A stretch of 64,000 nt of DNA from Candidatus Fimimonas gallinarum (GCA_018712065.1 DVHL01000036.1:46455-110454), one strand, 5' to 3'; shown: positions 39,509 through 49,894, counted from the stretch's first letter. The notes: generated from the sequence alone by a model not told the origin. Numbers and translations are program-made.

Positions 39509-40897
39509 TTACTTTTCGGAAAGTTCGTAGCCGTCGGCTGTATCCTTGACGGAATAACCCAAAGCAGACAATTCTTCACGCAGTCTGTCGCTTTCCGCCC
39601 AATTTTTGGCTTTGCGTGCCTGCAAACGTGTTTCCGCCAACTGTCTAACATTGTCGGGAATGACAATTTCTTTCTTTTCCTCTTTAACCTTGTCGAAATC
39701 GAGGGCGAAAACACGGTCGAAATCCAAAGCGAGTTTGTACACGTCGCAGGACTTGGGCAGTTTCAGCATCGTCCACAACACGCCGATGGCAAGAGGAATG
39801 TTGAGGTCGTCGTTGATTGCCTCTTCAAACTTGTTGTGAAAATCGTCCAAAATGCTCTTTTCCGTGCGTGCGGGGCTGTTTTTGTGACTTACAAGTTGAG
39901 CACACAGTTTGTTGTACGCCGCTTTTGCCGCATCCATGGCTTCCCACGTGAAATTTATTTTTTGTCTGTATTGCACGTTGAGGCAAAAATAGCGGAATAC
40001 CACAGGCGAATAGCCTTTTGCCACCAAATCGCTTATTGTGTAGGTGTTGCCGAGAGATTTGCTCATCTTTCCGCCGTCAATAAGCATAAATTCGCTGTGC
40101 ATCCAGTAGTGAACGGCAGGATGTCCCAACCAACACTCCGCCTGGGCAATTTCGTTTTCGTGGTGAATGGGTATGTGGTCCACACCGCCTGTGTGAATGT
40201 CGAAAACTTCGCCAAGGTACTTTTTGCTCATTGCGGTGCATTCTATGTGCCAACCGGGAAATCCCTTTCCCCACGGGCTGTCCCACTGTTGCAAATGATT
40301 GGGGGCGGCTTTTTTCCACAAGGCAAAATCTACGGGATGACGTTTGAAGGAATTGACCTCCACCCTTGCTCCGTGACGTTGGTCGGCAAGATTGATACCG
40401 GAAAGTTTGCCGTAATCGGGAAACTTTTCCACGGAAAAGTAGATTCCGTCCTCCGTTTCGTAGGCGTAGCCCTTGTCAAGCAGACTTTGCACCACGGCAA
40501 TCATTTCCGGAATGTTGTCGGTGGCTTTTGGGCAGACGGTGGGACGCTTGATGTTGAGTGCGTCAATGTCCTTCATGAACTGGTCGGTGTAGAAAGAGGC
40601 AATTTCCAAAGGGGTTTTGCCCGTTTCGTGAGCCGATTTGCTCATTTTGTCTTCGCCGTCGTCGGCGTCGGAAACAAGGTGTCCCACGTCGGTGATGTTC
40701 ATTACCGATTTGACCTTGTAGCCGTTGTATTCCAAAACACGGCGCAGTTCGTCCATAAACACGTAGGCACGCAAATTTCCGATGTGCGCATACTTGTACA
40801 CGGTGGGACCGCAGGAATAAATGCCCGCCTGATGAGGTTTGACGGGGACAAAATCTTCTTTTTTGCGGGTGAGGGTGTTGTAAAATCGCAGTTGCAT
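39509..40897 (-). CDS. cysS: cysteine--tRNA ligase
   Basis: [17 protein letters not shown] (HIGH region), KMSKSLGN, 462 aa. Confidence 0.95.
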   Translation of the reverse strand: MQLRFYNTLTRKKEDFVPVKPHQAGIYSCGPTVYKYAHIGNLRAYVFMDELRRVLEYNGYKVKSVMNITDVGHLVSDADDGEDKMSKSAHETGKTPLEIASFYTDQFMKDIDALNIKRPTVCPKATDNIPEMIAVVQSLLDKGYAYETEDGIYFSVEKFPDYGKLSGINLADQRHGARVEVNSFKRHPVDFALWKKAAPNHLQQWDSPWGKGFPGWHIECTAMSKKYLGEVFDIHTGGVDHIPIHHENEIAQAECWLGHPAVHYWMHSEFMLIDGGKMSKSLGNTYTISDLVAKGYSPVVFRYFCLNVQYRQKINFTWEAMDAAKAAYNKLCAQLVSHKNSPARTEKSILDDFHNKFEEAINDDLNIPLAIGVLWTMLKLPKSCDVYKLALDFDRVFALDFDKVKEEKKEIVIPDNVRQLAETRLQARKAKNWAESDRLREELSALGYSVKDTADGYELSEK

Positions 40898-40989
40898 AAA
40901 CTTACTCCAAATTTTTCTTACAGTATTTTACCACACTTTGCGCCACACAACAAGTAAACAAATACATTTTTGTTTGTTACAACAAATTA

Positions 40990-41018
40990 TTGCAAATATT
41001 TTTGTCGTGTGGTAAAAT
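40990..41018 (+). promoter_or_regulatory. sigma-A type promoter upstream of serS
   Basis: TTGCAA, 17 nt spacer, TAAAAT preceded by TGg (extended -10). This leaves only about a 40 nt leader. Confidence 0.5.
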
Positions 41019-41064
41019 TAGCGTTGGACAAAATACATCTGAAATTACCAGAGGGGTAGAAATT

Positions 41065-42345
41065 ATGATTGATGTCAACCTGATAAGACAAAATCCGCAA
41101 GCCATAAGGGAAAGATACCTTAAACGTGGCAAAGACATAGATTTTACCGATTTTTTGAAATGGGACGAAGAAAGAAAGCAAATTATTGCGCAAGTGGAAA
41201 CCATGAAGGCGCAACGCAACAAAGTTTCTGCGGAAGTTCCCAAACTCAAAAAAGCGGGAATGGACGTTTCCGCCACCATTGCGGAAATGAAAACTTTGGG
41301 GGAGGAAATTGCCCGTGTTGACGTAACGCTGGACGAGGTAAACGGCAAAATAAGAGATTTTCTGTTGCGTTTGCCCAACCTGCCCGACGAGGACCTCGCC
41401 GCAGGCGGAAAGGAAAACAACCGCCCGATAAGAACTTTCGGACAAAAACCGCACTTCGATTTTACGCCCAAAGACCACATGGAACTTGCAAAAAGTTTGC
41501 AACTTATCGACTACGAACGTGGCGCAAAACTTGCCGGTAACGGCAGTTGGATTTACACCGACCGTGGCGCAAGGTTGGAATGGGCATTGCTCAACTACTT
41601 TATCGACAGCCACATCGCCAAGGGCTACACCTTTATGCTTCCGCCCTACATGCTGTCCTACGAATGCGGCCTTACGGCAGGACAATTTCCCAAGTTTGAA
41701 GACGACGTGTACCAACTTGCCAACGCCGAAGGCAAAAAGTTTTTGCTTCCCACGGCGGAAACGGCTTTGGTCAACCTGTACAGAGATGAGATTCTCAACG
41801 AAAGCGACCTTCCCAAAAAGTTTTTCGGCTACTCGGCATGCTTCCGCAGAGAAGCGGGCAGTTACCGCCAGGAAGAGCGTGGAATGATAAGAGGACACCA
41901 GTTCAACAAAGTGGAATTGTTCCAATACACCACGCCGGAAAAATCCGACGAAGCCTTTGAAGAGATGGTCAACATGGCGTGCGGTCTTGTGGAAGGCTTG
42001 GGACTTCATTACCAACTCAGCAAACTTGCCGCAGGCGACTGCTCCGACAGCATGGCTCGCACCTACGACATAGAAATTTACATTCCTTCCATGAACATCT
42101 ACAAGGAAGTGAGTTCCGCTTCCAACGCAAGAGACTACCAGGCAAGACGTGGTAACATGCGCTATCGCAGAGCCTCCGACAAAAAGTTGGAATACGTTCA
42201 CACACTCAACGCCAGCGGTCTTGCTACAAGCCGTGTGTTCCCCGCACTTTTGGAACAAAACCAAAATGCCGACGGTTCCGTTACAATACCCGAAGCACTG
42301 CGCAAATACATGGGCGGAATGGAAAAATTGGAACCGCTGAAATAG
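41065..42345 (+). CDS. serS: serine--tRNA ligase
   Basis: MIDVNLIRQNPQAIRERYLKRG coiled-coil arm and class II motifs (FRREAGSYRQEERGMIRGHQFNKVE, NASGLATSR). Confidence 0.95.
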   Translation: MIDVNLIRQNPQAIRERYLKRGKDIDFTDFLKWDEERKQIIAQVETMKAQRNKVSAEVPKLKKAGMDVSATIAEMKTLGEEIARVDVTLDEVNGKIRDFLLRLPNLPDEDLAAGGKENNRPIRTFGQKPHFDFTPKDHMELAKSLQLIDYERGAKLAGNGSWIYTDRGARLEWALLNYFIDSHIAKGYTFMLPPYMLSYECGLTAGQFPKFEDDVYQLANAEGKKFLLPTAETALVNLYRDEILNESDLPKKFFGYSACFRREAGSYRQEERGMIRGHQFNKVELFQYTTPEKSDEAFEEMVNMACGLVEGLGLHYQLSKLAAGDCSDSMARTYDIEIYIPSMNIYKEVSSASNARDYQARRGNMRYRRASDKKLEYVHTLNASGLATSRVFPALLEQNQNADGSVTIPEALRKYMGGMEKLEPLK

Positions 42346-42487
42346 CGTCTGGAACACGTCGGTAACAGACACCGTGCGGATGCACATGTGAAAGTTTACC
42401 CGACGTTGCGCCAAAGTTGCGTTGCATTTTCTCGTCGAATACTGCACAGGCAACGTTGTTTGGAAAAATTAAAAATGCTGAATTTAA

Positions 42488-42517
42488 GACCGTCCCTTTT
42501 TCGGGGACGGTTTTTTG
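42488..42517 (+). terminator. rho-independent terminator after serS
   Basis: Stem CCGTCCC/GGGACGG followed by T6. Confidence 0.75.
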
Positions 42518-42698
42518 TTGAAATCGGCTGTGTGTTTGTTGCTGAAACGCACTGAAACACTGCGTGGCATCTGCAACGAAAACATGCCGTTACTATTCAA
42601 AACCGTTTCGGAAAATGACGCTTTTTACTGAAATTGTTTGTGTGTAAATTACCGAAAACATAAAAACAAAAAAACCGTTACAAAAGACTTAATGTAGC

Positions 42699-42730
42699 AA
42701 AAAACCGCCCACGAAAAGGGCGGTTTTTCG
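42699..42730 (-). terminator. bidirectional hairpin terminator downstream of the LysM gene
   Basis: Stem ACCGCCC/GGGCGGT with an A-run before and a T-run after. Confidence 0.65.
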
Positions 42731-42805
42731 TTGAAATTCTATTCAAACGTAGGCATTGCCTGCAAGCAAAAAATCACGGTGATGTATCAGAAATTCGCAA
42801 CCGTA

Positions 42806-44281
42806 TCAAATTTTGTTGTACACGACAATGCGAGCGTCCTTTTCCAGAGGACTTTTGATTTCAGGGTTTACCGCAAGCAAATCCTCTTCCGACATGTGCA
42901 GACCTTTTGCCAATTCCCACAGCGTTTCTCCCTTGTGGGCAAGACAAACTTCTATTGCGGGCAGTTGCGTTTTGTCGAAGGGTTTTTCCTCGGCGGAAAG
43001 AATCACGCCGTAGTTGACGTCCCTTACACTGTCCACGGCAATGCACAAATCCGCCGTGCATTGCACATTGCCGCTGTCGGAAAGGGAAAAATCGGTGACG
43101 GTAACGGTGGAATTGGAATTGCAACCTCCGTACAGAAAATCGACATCCGCCGTCTGAACAAATGGCAGTTCCAGACGGGTGCTTTCCAAAGCGTTTTCAC
43201 CCTGGCACAGCAGTGTGGCGTACACCACGCCTTCCACTTGTGCGCACTTGTCCAGCGAGGTGCATTTGGTAACCACAGCCCCTACGTTTACCGCCGTTAC
43301 GGCTTTTTTGTCCATTACGGGCAGGGTGTAAGATGCCTGTTTGCGTGCTATTGCGCTGCCGCACGGCAAGGTGGTAGCAAGGCTGCCACGTTGAAAAACA
43401 AATTCACAGTTTGCGCCGTAAGCATCGGTTACAATGTCTATCACTTCCGTTGTGGTGTATTCCACACGCACGGTGGCGTTTATTTCCGCAGTGAAATCGG
43501 TGTTGATACTGTCTTCGGCAATGTCCAAGCGAACCTTCGTCGCACGGATGAATGGGGTGATTTTAAGTTGCGCCGTTTGCGGAATGGAGGAAGAATCCAA
43601 CTCTCTGTCGAACTTGAAGGGCAAATTGTCCGTTACAATCTTTCCCTCCGACATATAGGTCAGCCTGACGGTAGCGTCGCCGGAAATGTGCAGTATTCCC
43701 TCCGCATTGGTGTAGTCGCACACGCACAGCGTGCTTTCCGCAAGCAAAACGGAAGTTATCGTGTGGGTGGCACACAGTTGTTCGTCCACCACAAGAGCAA
43801 GATTTTCCACGTTTGCACCGCTAAGCACTTCCACACTTTCCTTGCGCAGATACACCTCCTCTCCGTCGGCAAGGTAGGACACCGATTGCGCAATGTAGGC
43901 ATAGGCGGTAATTTCCAACAATATCGTAAGCGTGGCGGTGTTGGCATTGGTTTCCACTTTGGAATCCACCGTTACCACATCAAACACGCATTTGGTGTCG
44001 GAAGTGATTTCGTCGTTTTGCACACCTGCGTTGAAATCGGCGTTGTAGTTGGAGCCTATCACCGTGGTACCGTCGCTGTACAAAAATTTTATGGCGGTTT
44101 TGCCGTAAAAAGTAACCTCGCCCTCCGTCGCCTCGTAGGAATTGATGAAGTGTTCCACACCTACCGACAGCACGTCGGCAATGTCGTTTTTGACGGAAAT
44201 ACGCACGTTTTCCGCCGTTTGTATTTTTCCCACCGTTTTACGACGGAAAACAGTAGCATTTTGAAAATGTACATTAGCCAT
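42806..44281 (-). CDS. LysM-domain protein, probably a DUF3794/SipL-like spore morphogenesis protein
   Basis: C-terminal LysM (KGETLWELAKGLHMSEEDLLAVNPEIKSPLEKDARIVV). The long beta-rich repetitive N-region resembles DUF3794 proteins. Start at ATG 44281 after GGAGG. Confidence 0.7.
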   Translation of the reverse strand: MANVHFQNATVFRRKTVGKIQTAENVRISVKNDIADVLSVGVEHFINSYEATEGEVTFYGKTAIKFLYSDGTTVIGSNYNADFNAGVQNDEITSDTKCVFDVVTVDSKVETNANTATLTILLEITAYAYIAQSVSYLADGEEVYLRKESVEVLSGANVENLALVVDEQLCATHTITSVLLAESTLCVCDYTNAEGILHISGDATVRLTYMSEGKIVTDNLPFKFDRELDSSSIPQTAQLKITPFIRATKVRLDIAEDSINTDFTAEINATVRVEYTTTEVIDIVTDAYGANCEFVFQRGSLATTLPCGSAIARKQASYTLPVMDKKAVTAVNVGAVVTKCTSLDKCAQVEGVVYATLLCQGENALESTRLELPFVQTADVDFLYGGCNSNSTVTVTDFSLSDSGNVQCTADLCIAVDSVRDVNYGVILSAEEKPFDKTQLPAIEVCLAHKGETLWELAKGLHMSEEDLLAVNPEIKSPLEKDARIVVYNKI

Positions 44282-44383
44282 AACAAACCTCCGCAAACTT
44301 TTTTTGACTGTTCAGTGTAATATACGGAAAGTTCGTTGATGATAGACCACTTTTTTTGTACTATAAAAGGGTATTTTGACGTA

Positions 44384-44626
44384 TCAGCGTGAGGGCGATT
44401 CCGAAAGGGAAACTTCGCCGCACAGCATATCGGTGTAACTGCAACTTATCCTGTCAAACAGTTCGCCGTACAACTGAACGACAAACACGTTGGAATGTGC
44501 CTCTGTTACCACGCCGTTGTAGTGTTTAATTTTTCTGCGTCCTTTGTTTAGTTTTACCACCACTTTTTTGCCCAGCAAACGCTGAACGGCATTTTGCGCA
44601 GCGGTGATATCGGCAACTTTTTTCAA
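44384..44626 (-). CDS. veg: Veg protein (DUF1021)
   Basis: LGKKVVVKLNKGRRKIKHYNGVVTEAHSNVFVVQL...ISCSYTDMLCGEVSL parallels B. subtilis Veg. Start at TTG 44626, 6 nt after GGAGGTG. Confidence 0.8.
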   Translation of the reverse strand: MKKVADITAAQNAVQRLLGKKVVVKLNKGRRKIKHYNGVVTEAHSNVFVVQLYGELFDRISCSYTDMLCGEVSLSESPSR

Positions 44627-44891
44627 AACGACACCTCCACAAATACTGAAAGTGTTGCCAAAAAGTTTGGATAAAATACTTGGGCAAAAGAGCCGACACT
44701 GTATCACAACGGTAATTTTCAACAATCGGTTACAATTCTTACCTACAAATTTTCCACGAAAGGCGGGCAAAATTTTTACAAAACGCTTGCTACCACTGTA
44801 CATAATATTTGCAAAAAACGCAGACATTCTGTTTATATAACAAGAGTAAAATTGCAACGCAAAAAAACTACGTACAAAATTTGTCTGAAAA

Positions 44892-44929
44892 TAAAAAAAC
44901 AAACCCCTTGTTTTTGACAGGGGGTTTGC
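44892..44929 (-). terminator. rho-independent terminator downstream of the acidic zinc-ribbon gene
   Basis: Stem CAAACCCC/GGGGTTTG. The A7 run on plus gives a T-run on minus. Confidence 0.65.
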
Positions 44930-44952
44930 ATGTCAGTGTCAATTTGCTAGGA

Positions 44953-45438
44953 TTACTCGTCTTCGTCGTCGTCCTCGTCGTCATCATCTTCGTCGTCGAA
45001 GTCGTCGTCAAAGTCCTCGTCGAAGTCGTCGGGATAATCGTCAAGTTCCACATCCTTGTTTTCCTCGTCCTCGAATTCGTCTTCGTCGTCGAACTTTTCG
45101 TCTTCGCCCAACTCGTCAAGAGAAATGATGTCGGCGTCTGCGGCGTCGTCGGTGTCTTCATCGTCAAGATAGGTGCGCCAATCGTCGTTGTCTTCGTCCT
45201 CCGACGCTTCCGCCTGCTTTTCGTGGGCAAGACAGTTTTCGCACATTTCCTCGTCCATGCCAATGTAAGCGGCTTTGCACACGGGACAAAGTTTGAGAGG
45301 TTCGTCGTCGTCGATTATGTCGTCAAGAAGTACAATGCTGGAATCAAGTCCCAATTCCGCCTTGCAGACATCGCACATGTCCTCGTCCTGCTTTATGTAG
45401 TTCAATTCACATCTGGGGCATTTTTTGTACTTTCCCAT
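44953..45438 (-). CDS. double zinc-ribbon protein with an extreme poly-acidic C-terminal tail
   Basis: Two copies of CP.C...YI..DE.MC..C, then about 90 residues dominated by D/E. Start at ATG 45438, 6 nt after AAGGTG. Confidence 0.65.
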   Translation of the reverse strand: MGKYKKCPRCELNYIKQDEDMCDVCKAELGLDSSIVLLDDIIDDDEPLKLCPVCKAAYIGMDEEMCENCLAHEKQAEASEDEDNDDWRTYLDDEDTDDAADADIISLDELGEDEKFDDEDEFEDEENKDVELDDYPDDFDEDFDDDFDDEDDDDEDDDEDE

Positions 45439-45879
45439 GTTTTTCACCTTAAGTTAAAATTTAGTCGCATTTTCAATGCGCAAATAATTTACCATTATTA
45501 ATGTAAAATGTAAACTGTTTTTTGATAATATTTTTAAGTTACAACCATATTTTTTTCAACTTTTCACAATTTTATCGGCAAAAGGGGCGAACATCGCCAC
45601 AAACACCGAAGTACTGCGCAATTTCTGAAACATTCAGCGTTGTTTACCTTAAAATTTAACAGTTACCCTGTGCACAGCGTGCGCTGCACAGGCAACACAC
45701 GCTGTTTGTCAGATTCGTGCGTTTTTTGAAATACGCATTGCCAAAAGGACGTTTCAACGGCGATAGTTTGGACAAATGAATTTTTTTTATTCACCTGCGA
45801 CGATATTGTTCCTACGCAAAACAAAAACGAGCTTTTCACACAAAATTTTTGCACAACTTCAACTTTGTTCTTTGCGAAG

Positions 45880-45909
45880 TTGACACCTTTCGACGCAAAG
45901 TGATAAAAT
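45880..45909 (+). promoter_or_regulatory. sigma-A promoter placed so that transcription should start at the udk ATG
   Basis: TTGACA (45880-45885), 18 nt spacer, TGaTAAAAT (-10 hexamer 45904-45909). The ATG is at 45916 and no SD sequence lies between. Confidence 0.5.
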
Positions 45910-45915
45910 ACCTTC

Positions 45916-46542
45916 ATGGACAGACTGATCATCGGAATTGCCGGTGGCACCGGCTCGGGTAAAACCACCATAGCCAAGAAAATTTACCAATCTTTCAGCA
46001 AAAACGCCGTGATTCTTTCGCACGACTTCTACTACAAACCGCACGACGAGTTGCCTTTTGAGGAACGTTGCAAACTGAACTACGACCATCCCGATTCGCT
46101 GGACACCGATTTGCTGGTACAACACCTCACCGCTTTGAAACACGGCGAGGCAATTTTGCACCCCACCTACGACTTTTCACACCATTGCAGAAACGATGCA
46201 TGGGAAAGGACGGAAAGTGCGAAACTAATAATTGTGGAAGGCATTTTGATTTTTACCGACAAAAGGCTGTGCGACCTGTGCGACATAAGACTGTTTGTGG
46301 ACACAGACGCCGACGTGAGATTTATCCGCCGTCTGCGCCGTGACGTGAATTCCCGTGGGCGCACGATGGAATCGGTAATAAACCAATATCTCAAAACGGT
46401 TAAGCCCATGCACGAACAGTTTGTGGAACCTTCCAAAACAAAAGCCGATTTAATAATACCGGAAGGGGGACACAACCTTATTGCCATTTCCACTATTGTT
46501 GACGCCATCAACAAAAAACTGAACAGCAGGGACGAACAATGA
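45916..46542 (+). CDS. udk: uridine kinase
   Basis: IIGIAGGTGSGKTT P-loop, NYDHPDS, LIIVEGIL, DTDADVRFIRRLRRD. Confidence 0.95.
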   Translation: MDRLIIGIAGGTGSGKTTIAKKIYQSFSKNAVILSHDFYYKPHDELPFEERCKLNYDHPDSLDTDLLVQHLTALKHGEAILHPTYDFSHHCRNDAWERTESAKLIIVEGILIFTDKRLCDLCDIRLFVDTDADVRFIRRLRRDVNSRGRTMESVINQYLKTVKPMHEQFVEPSKTKADLIIPEGGHNLIAISTIVDAINKKLNSRDEQ

Positions 46543-47336
46543 GAATTTTTCTTTCAGGGGCGTGCAATGCACGAGATATCGGAGGCATTGCCACCGCAAA
46601 CGGAACGACAAAACTTCATCGCCTGGTAAGGTGCGGCGAATTGAGCAGAATCACTCCCCAAGATGTGTCTGTTTTGCAAGCACTGCCCTTGCAACGTGTT
46701 GTGGACTTGCGAACGGCGGAAGAAATGCAACGCTCGCCCGACGTTAAAATAGAGGGCGTGCAATACCTGCACAACCCGATAATCAGAAGCACCACTTTCG
46801 GAATTACCTACGAAAAATCTTCCGGCAGTGAAATTGCACAGATGCTTCAAGCAGGGTTGGAACGTATGCGTCAACGTGGCGAAACGTATTTCCAGCATAT
46901 GGAACTGCTGTACCGCAGATTTGTTTCCGACGAGTACAGCCGCAAGGGGTACGGAAGTTTTTTGCGTCTGTTGGCGCAACACCCCACAAATGGCGTTACG
47001 CTGTGGCACTGCACTGCGGGCAAAGACCGTGTAGGTACCTGCACTGCGTTGTTGTTGCACTGTTTGGGTGCTTCGAAAGAGCAGATTTTTGAAGATTACC
47101 TGCTTACAAACGTTCAATCGGCGGACAGCACAAACAGCATCGTCAACAAGGTGAAAGGCTTTGTTTCCGACGACAACGTGAGACTGATTGAAAAAATGCT
47201 TTCGGCAGACACCGCTTTTTTGCAGGGTTTCTTTGACGAGATAGACCATCTCTTCGGAAGCATTGAAAACTTCCTTGCCGATTGCGGCGTTACGGAAAAT
47301 GACATAACGCTACTACGAGAAAACTACCTCGACTGA
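46539..47336 (+). CDS. protein-tyrosine phosphatase family protein (Y_phosphatase3-like)
   Basis: CX5R active site HCTAGKDRVG. 4-nt overlap with udk. Confidence 0.75.
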   Translation: MRIFLSGACNARDIGGIATANGTTKLHRLVRCGELSRITPQDVSVLQALPLQRVVDLRTAEEMQRSPDVKIEGVQYLHNPIIRSTTFGITYEKSSGSEIAQMLQAGLERMRQRGETYFQHMELLYRRFVSDEYSRKGYGSFLRLLAQHPTNGVTLWHCTAGKDRVGTCTALLLHCLGASKEQIFEDYLLTNVQSADSTNSIVNKVKGFVSDDNVRLIEKMLSADTAFLQGFFDEIDHLFGSIENFLADCGVTENDITLLRENYLD

Positions 47337-47340
47337 ATTT

Positions 47341-47368
47341 ACCGCAGGTTTTACCTGCGTTTTTTTTG
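47341..47368 (+). terminator. rho-independent terminator
   Basis: Stem CGCAGGT/ACCTGCG followed by T8. Confidence 0.7.
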
Positions 47369-47758
47369 TGCTTTCATTAGTGTTTTTTTAATGTGTGAAA
47401 TAAACCTTCGTTTTTTTGCCTTTTCAAATGTGTTCGGACTAAATTTTCTTGTTTTACTACTGTTGAAAATTAAATTTTTGGCACGTAAACTTTTTGTTGT
47501 ACAAGTTTCTTGTTTTCGTTGAGGGAAATTCAAACGGACAAAACAAAGCGCATTGTCTTTGTACGCTACACGGGGTGCGCAACGTTGCGTTTGATTGTCT
47601 TTTGCATGTTTTGCCGTGCGATTTGAACCCCGTCGGCAATTTATTGCAACATTACTACACTGCAACAAAAACCTGCAAACGCTCAAAAAAACAGAGGAAT
47701 TTGCACAAAAACCGCACGAAAAAAAAATTTTCGGCATAAATTTGTGTGTAGGTTTTAT

Positions 47759-49786
47759 ATGGAAAAATTCAACGACAGATTCGGAAAAAATTTATTTGAC
47801 AGGCACAGTGCGAAGAAATATTTGCCAAGCCGAATGTGGAAAAAACTTCAACAAGTTTGCATCGGCAAGGCGACTTTCACTGAAAAAGAGCAACAAAAAT
47901 ATGCCGAAGCCTTGAAAAAATGGGCTTTGGACAAAGGCGTGGACAGATTTTCGCATTGGTTTCAGCCTCTCAACAACCTCTCGGCGGGCAAAAGGGACAG
48001 TCTGTTTTCCGTGGACGGCAACGGAAAGGCTTTTGCAAAATTTCGCACAAAGGAACTGTTGCAGGGCGAAGGGGATGCTTCAAGTTTTCCCACGGGCGGA
48101 ATGCGACAGACTTTTGAGGCAAGAGGCGTTACGTCGTGGGATTTTTCCTCGACGCCCTTTATCAAAGACGGATGCTTGTTTGTGCCTTCCACATTCAAGT
48201 CCGCAAGCGGCGAAGCATTGGACAAAAAAACTCCGCTACTGCGCAGTTGCAATGCGTTGAACAAACAAGCCGTGCGATTGCTTGGTCTTGCGGGAATGAA
48301 AAGCCTTTCGGTACGCAGCGTTGTAGGTGCGGAACAAGAATACTTTTTGATTGACGAAAAGATGTTTTTGCGCCGTCCCGACCTTGTAATGACGGGGAAA
48401 ACGCTATTGGGAACGCTTCCGCCCAAAACACAGCAACTGAACGACCACTACTATCGCCTTCCCGACGAAAAAATTTTGCAATTTTGGCATGACGTGGACG
48501 CAGAATTGCAAAGTTTGGGAATTATCGTCAAAACGGAACACAGGGAAGTTGCTCCCTGTCAGTTTGAACTTGCCCCCTGCTACGCTCCCGTAAACGTGGC
48601 GTGCGACCAAAATCAACTGATAATGCAAGTACTGAAAAGCGTGGCAAAAAAACACAGCCTTGTGTGTTTGCTCCATGAAAAACCCTTCAACGGGGTGAAC
48701 GGAAGCGGTAAACACAACAACTGGTCGTTGCTTACCTTCGAGGGGCAAAATCTTTTCGAACCGACTCCCACTGAAAAGGGCAACGGCGTGTTTTTGCTGA
48801 TACTGATGTGCGTGGTGTCTGCCGTGGACAAACACCAGGATTTGTTGCTGACGTCTGTTTGCAATGCCTCCAACGACTGCCGTTTGGGAGGATTCGAGGC
48901 TCCGCCGTGTGCAATTTCTCTGTTTTTGGGCAACGAACTGCACTGCGCCGTGCAAAGATTTTTCGACGGCGACGCAATTTTTCCGCAAAACCTGCACCGT
49001 TGCCGTGGCAAAACGGACAGAAACCGCACCTCGCCTTTGGCATTTACAGGCAACAAATTTGAATTTCGTATGGCAGGCTCATCCTCCTCGCTTGCCGATT
49101 GCAACATTGTGCTCAACACAATTTTGGCAGACGAAATGCAAATTGTCGCCGACAGACTGCAAAACTCACGCAACTTTTGGGCGGATGCAAAAATTGTGAT
49201 GAAAGAAATGTGGCAACAGCACAAAAAAATTGTGTTTAACGGCAACAACTACTCCGCAAAATGGCGCAAGCAAAGCCAACGCAGAAAACTTGTGCATTTT
49301 GAAAACGCTGCGCAGGCATTGCAGTGCCTCTGCACAGAAAAAAACGTCAGGCTTTTTGAAGGGCAAGGTGTGTACTCTGCCAAGGAACTTTGCGCAATGC
49401 AACAAATATTGCTGGAAAACTACTGCAATACCTTGCAAATTGAAGGAAAAACGATGTTGATGCTTCTTAACAGACACATATTGCCTTTTGCAGAGAAATA
49501 CCTTTTCAAAAGACAACGTCTTGTACAGGCTTGCAACTGCCGTGATGAGTTTTTTCAAACGCAAGAGTGGAATTTGCTGACAGAGGCAAAATTTTGGTGC
49601 GGTAAACTGAAAAAATCGCTGTTGAAGTACGACAAACTGCCCTTGAAAGAAAAAGCCATGCATTGCGCCTGCAATTTGTTGCCCGTTTGCAGAAAACTTC
49701 GCAACGCAACGGACAGTCTGGAAGACGCTCTTCCGCAAAAGGTGTGGCGACTTCCTTCATACGGAGAAATTTTACGCATTGTGTAA
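47759..49786 (+). CDS. type III glutamine synthetase
   Basis: GSIII N-terminal domain (FSHWFQPLNN..), catalytic block HREVAPCQFELAP, PFNGVNGSGKHNNWSL. About 675 aa. Confidence 0.85.
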   Translation: MEKFNDRFGKNLFDRHSAKKYLPSRMWKKLQQVCIGKATFTEKEQQKYAEALKKWALDKGVDRFSHWFQPLNNLSAGKRDSLFSVDGNGKAFAKFRTKELLQGEGDASSFPTGGMRQTFEARGVTSWDFSSTPFIKDGCLFVPSTFKSASGEALDKKTPLLRSCNALNKQAVRLLGLAGMKSLSVRSVVGAEQEYFLIDEKMFLRRPDLVMTGKTLLGTLPPKTQQLNDHYYRLPDEKILQFWHDVDAELQSLGIIVKTEHREVAPCQFELAPCYAPVNVACDQNQLIMQVLKSVAKKHSLVCLLHEKPFNGVNGSGKHNNWSLLTFEGQNLFEPTPTEKGNGVFLLILMCVVSAVDKHQDLLLTSVCNASNDCRLGGFEAPPCAISLFLGNELHCAVQRFFDGDAIFPQNLHRCRGKTDRNRTSPLAFTGNKFEFRMAGSSSSLADCNIVLNTILADEMQIVADRLQNSRNFWADAKIVMKEMWQQHKKIVFNGNNYSAKWRKQSQRRKLVHFENAAQALQCLCTEKNVRLFEGQGVYSAKELCAMQQILLENYCNTLQIEGKTMLMLLNRHILPFAEKYLFKRQRLVQACNCRDEFFQTQEWNLLTEAKFWCGKLKKSLLKYDKLPLKEKAMHCACNLLPVCRKLRNATDSLEDALPQKVWRLPSYGEILRIV

Positions 49787-49894
49787 CGGCAAAGTTGCAA
49801 ACGTCAAACGTAGTACACAAACACATTTACAACAATACGCAGAAAACAGTGCGGTACAAAGTGCCACCTTGCCTGCAACAAGTAATTTACACAA

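Noticed and set aside
40898-41064. T-box leaders for cysS and serS, and for alaS at 58899-59038.
   Set aside because: The intergenic regions are 167 and 140 bp, and promoters leave leaders of only about 40 nt. No T-box consensus (..GGTGGTACCGCG..) or specifier/antiterminator architecture was found.
42346-42805. Possible small RNA or tRNA in the serS to LysM gene spacer. The long spacers at 53.7-54.15 and 56.4-57.1 kb were also scanned for tRNA, SRP, RNase P, tmRNA and 6S.
   Set aside because: No T-loop (GGTTCGAATCC-like) or other conserved cores of these RNAs were seen. Only local hairpins and terminators are present. A covariance-model scan would be needed to exclude novel RNAs.
47369-47758. 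Glutamine riboswitch or other leader RNA upstream of the type III glutamine synthetase.
   Set aside because: The 390-bp spacer shows no recognisable glnA-motif core or convincing conserved stem architecture. I cannot support a call from sequence alone.
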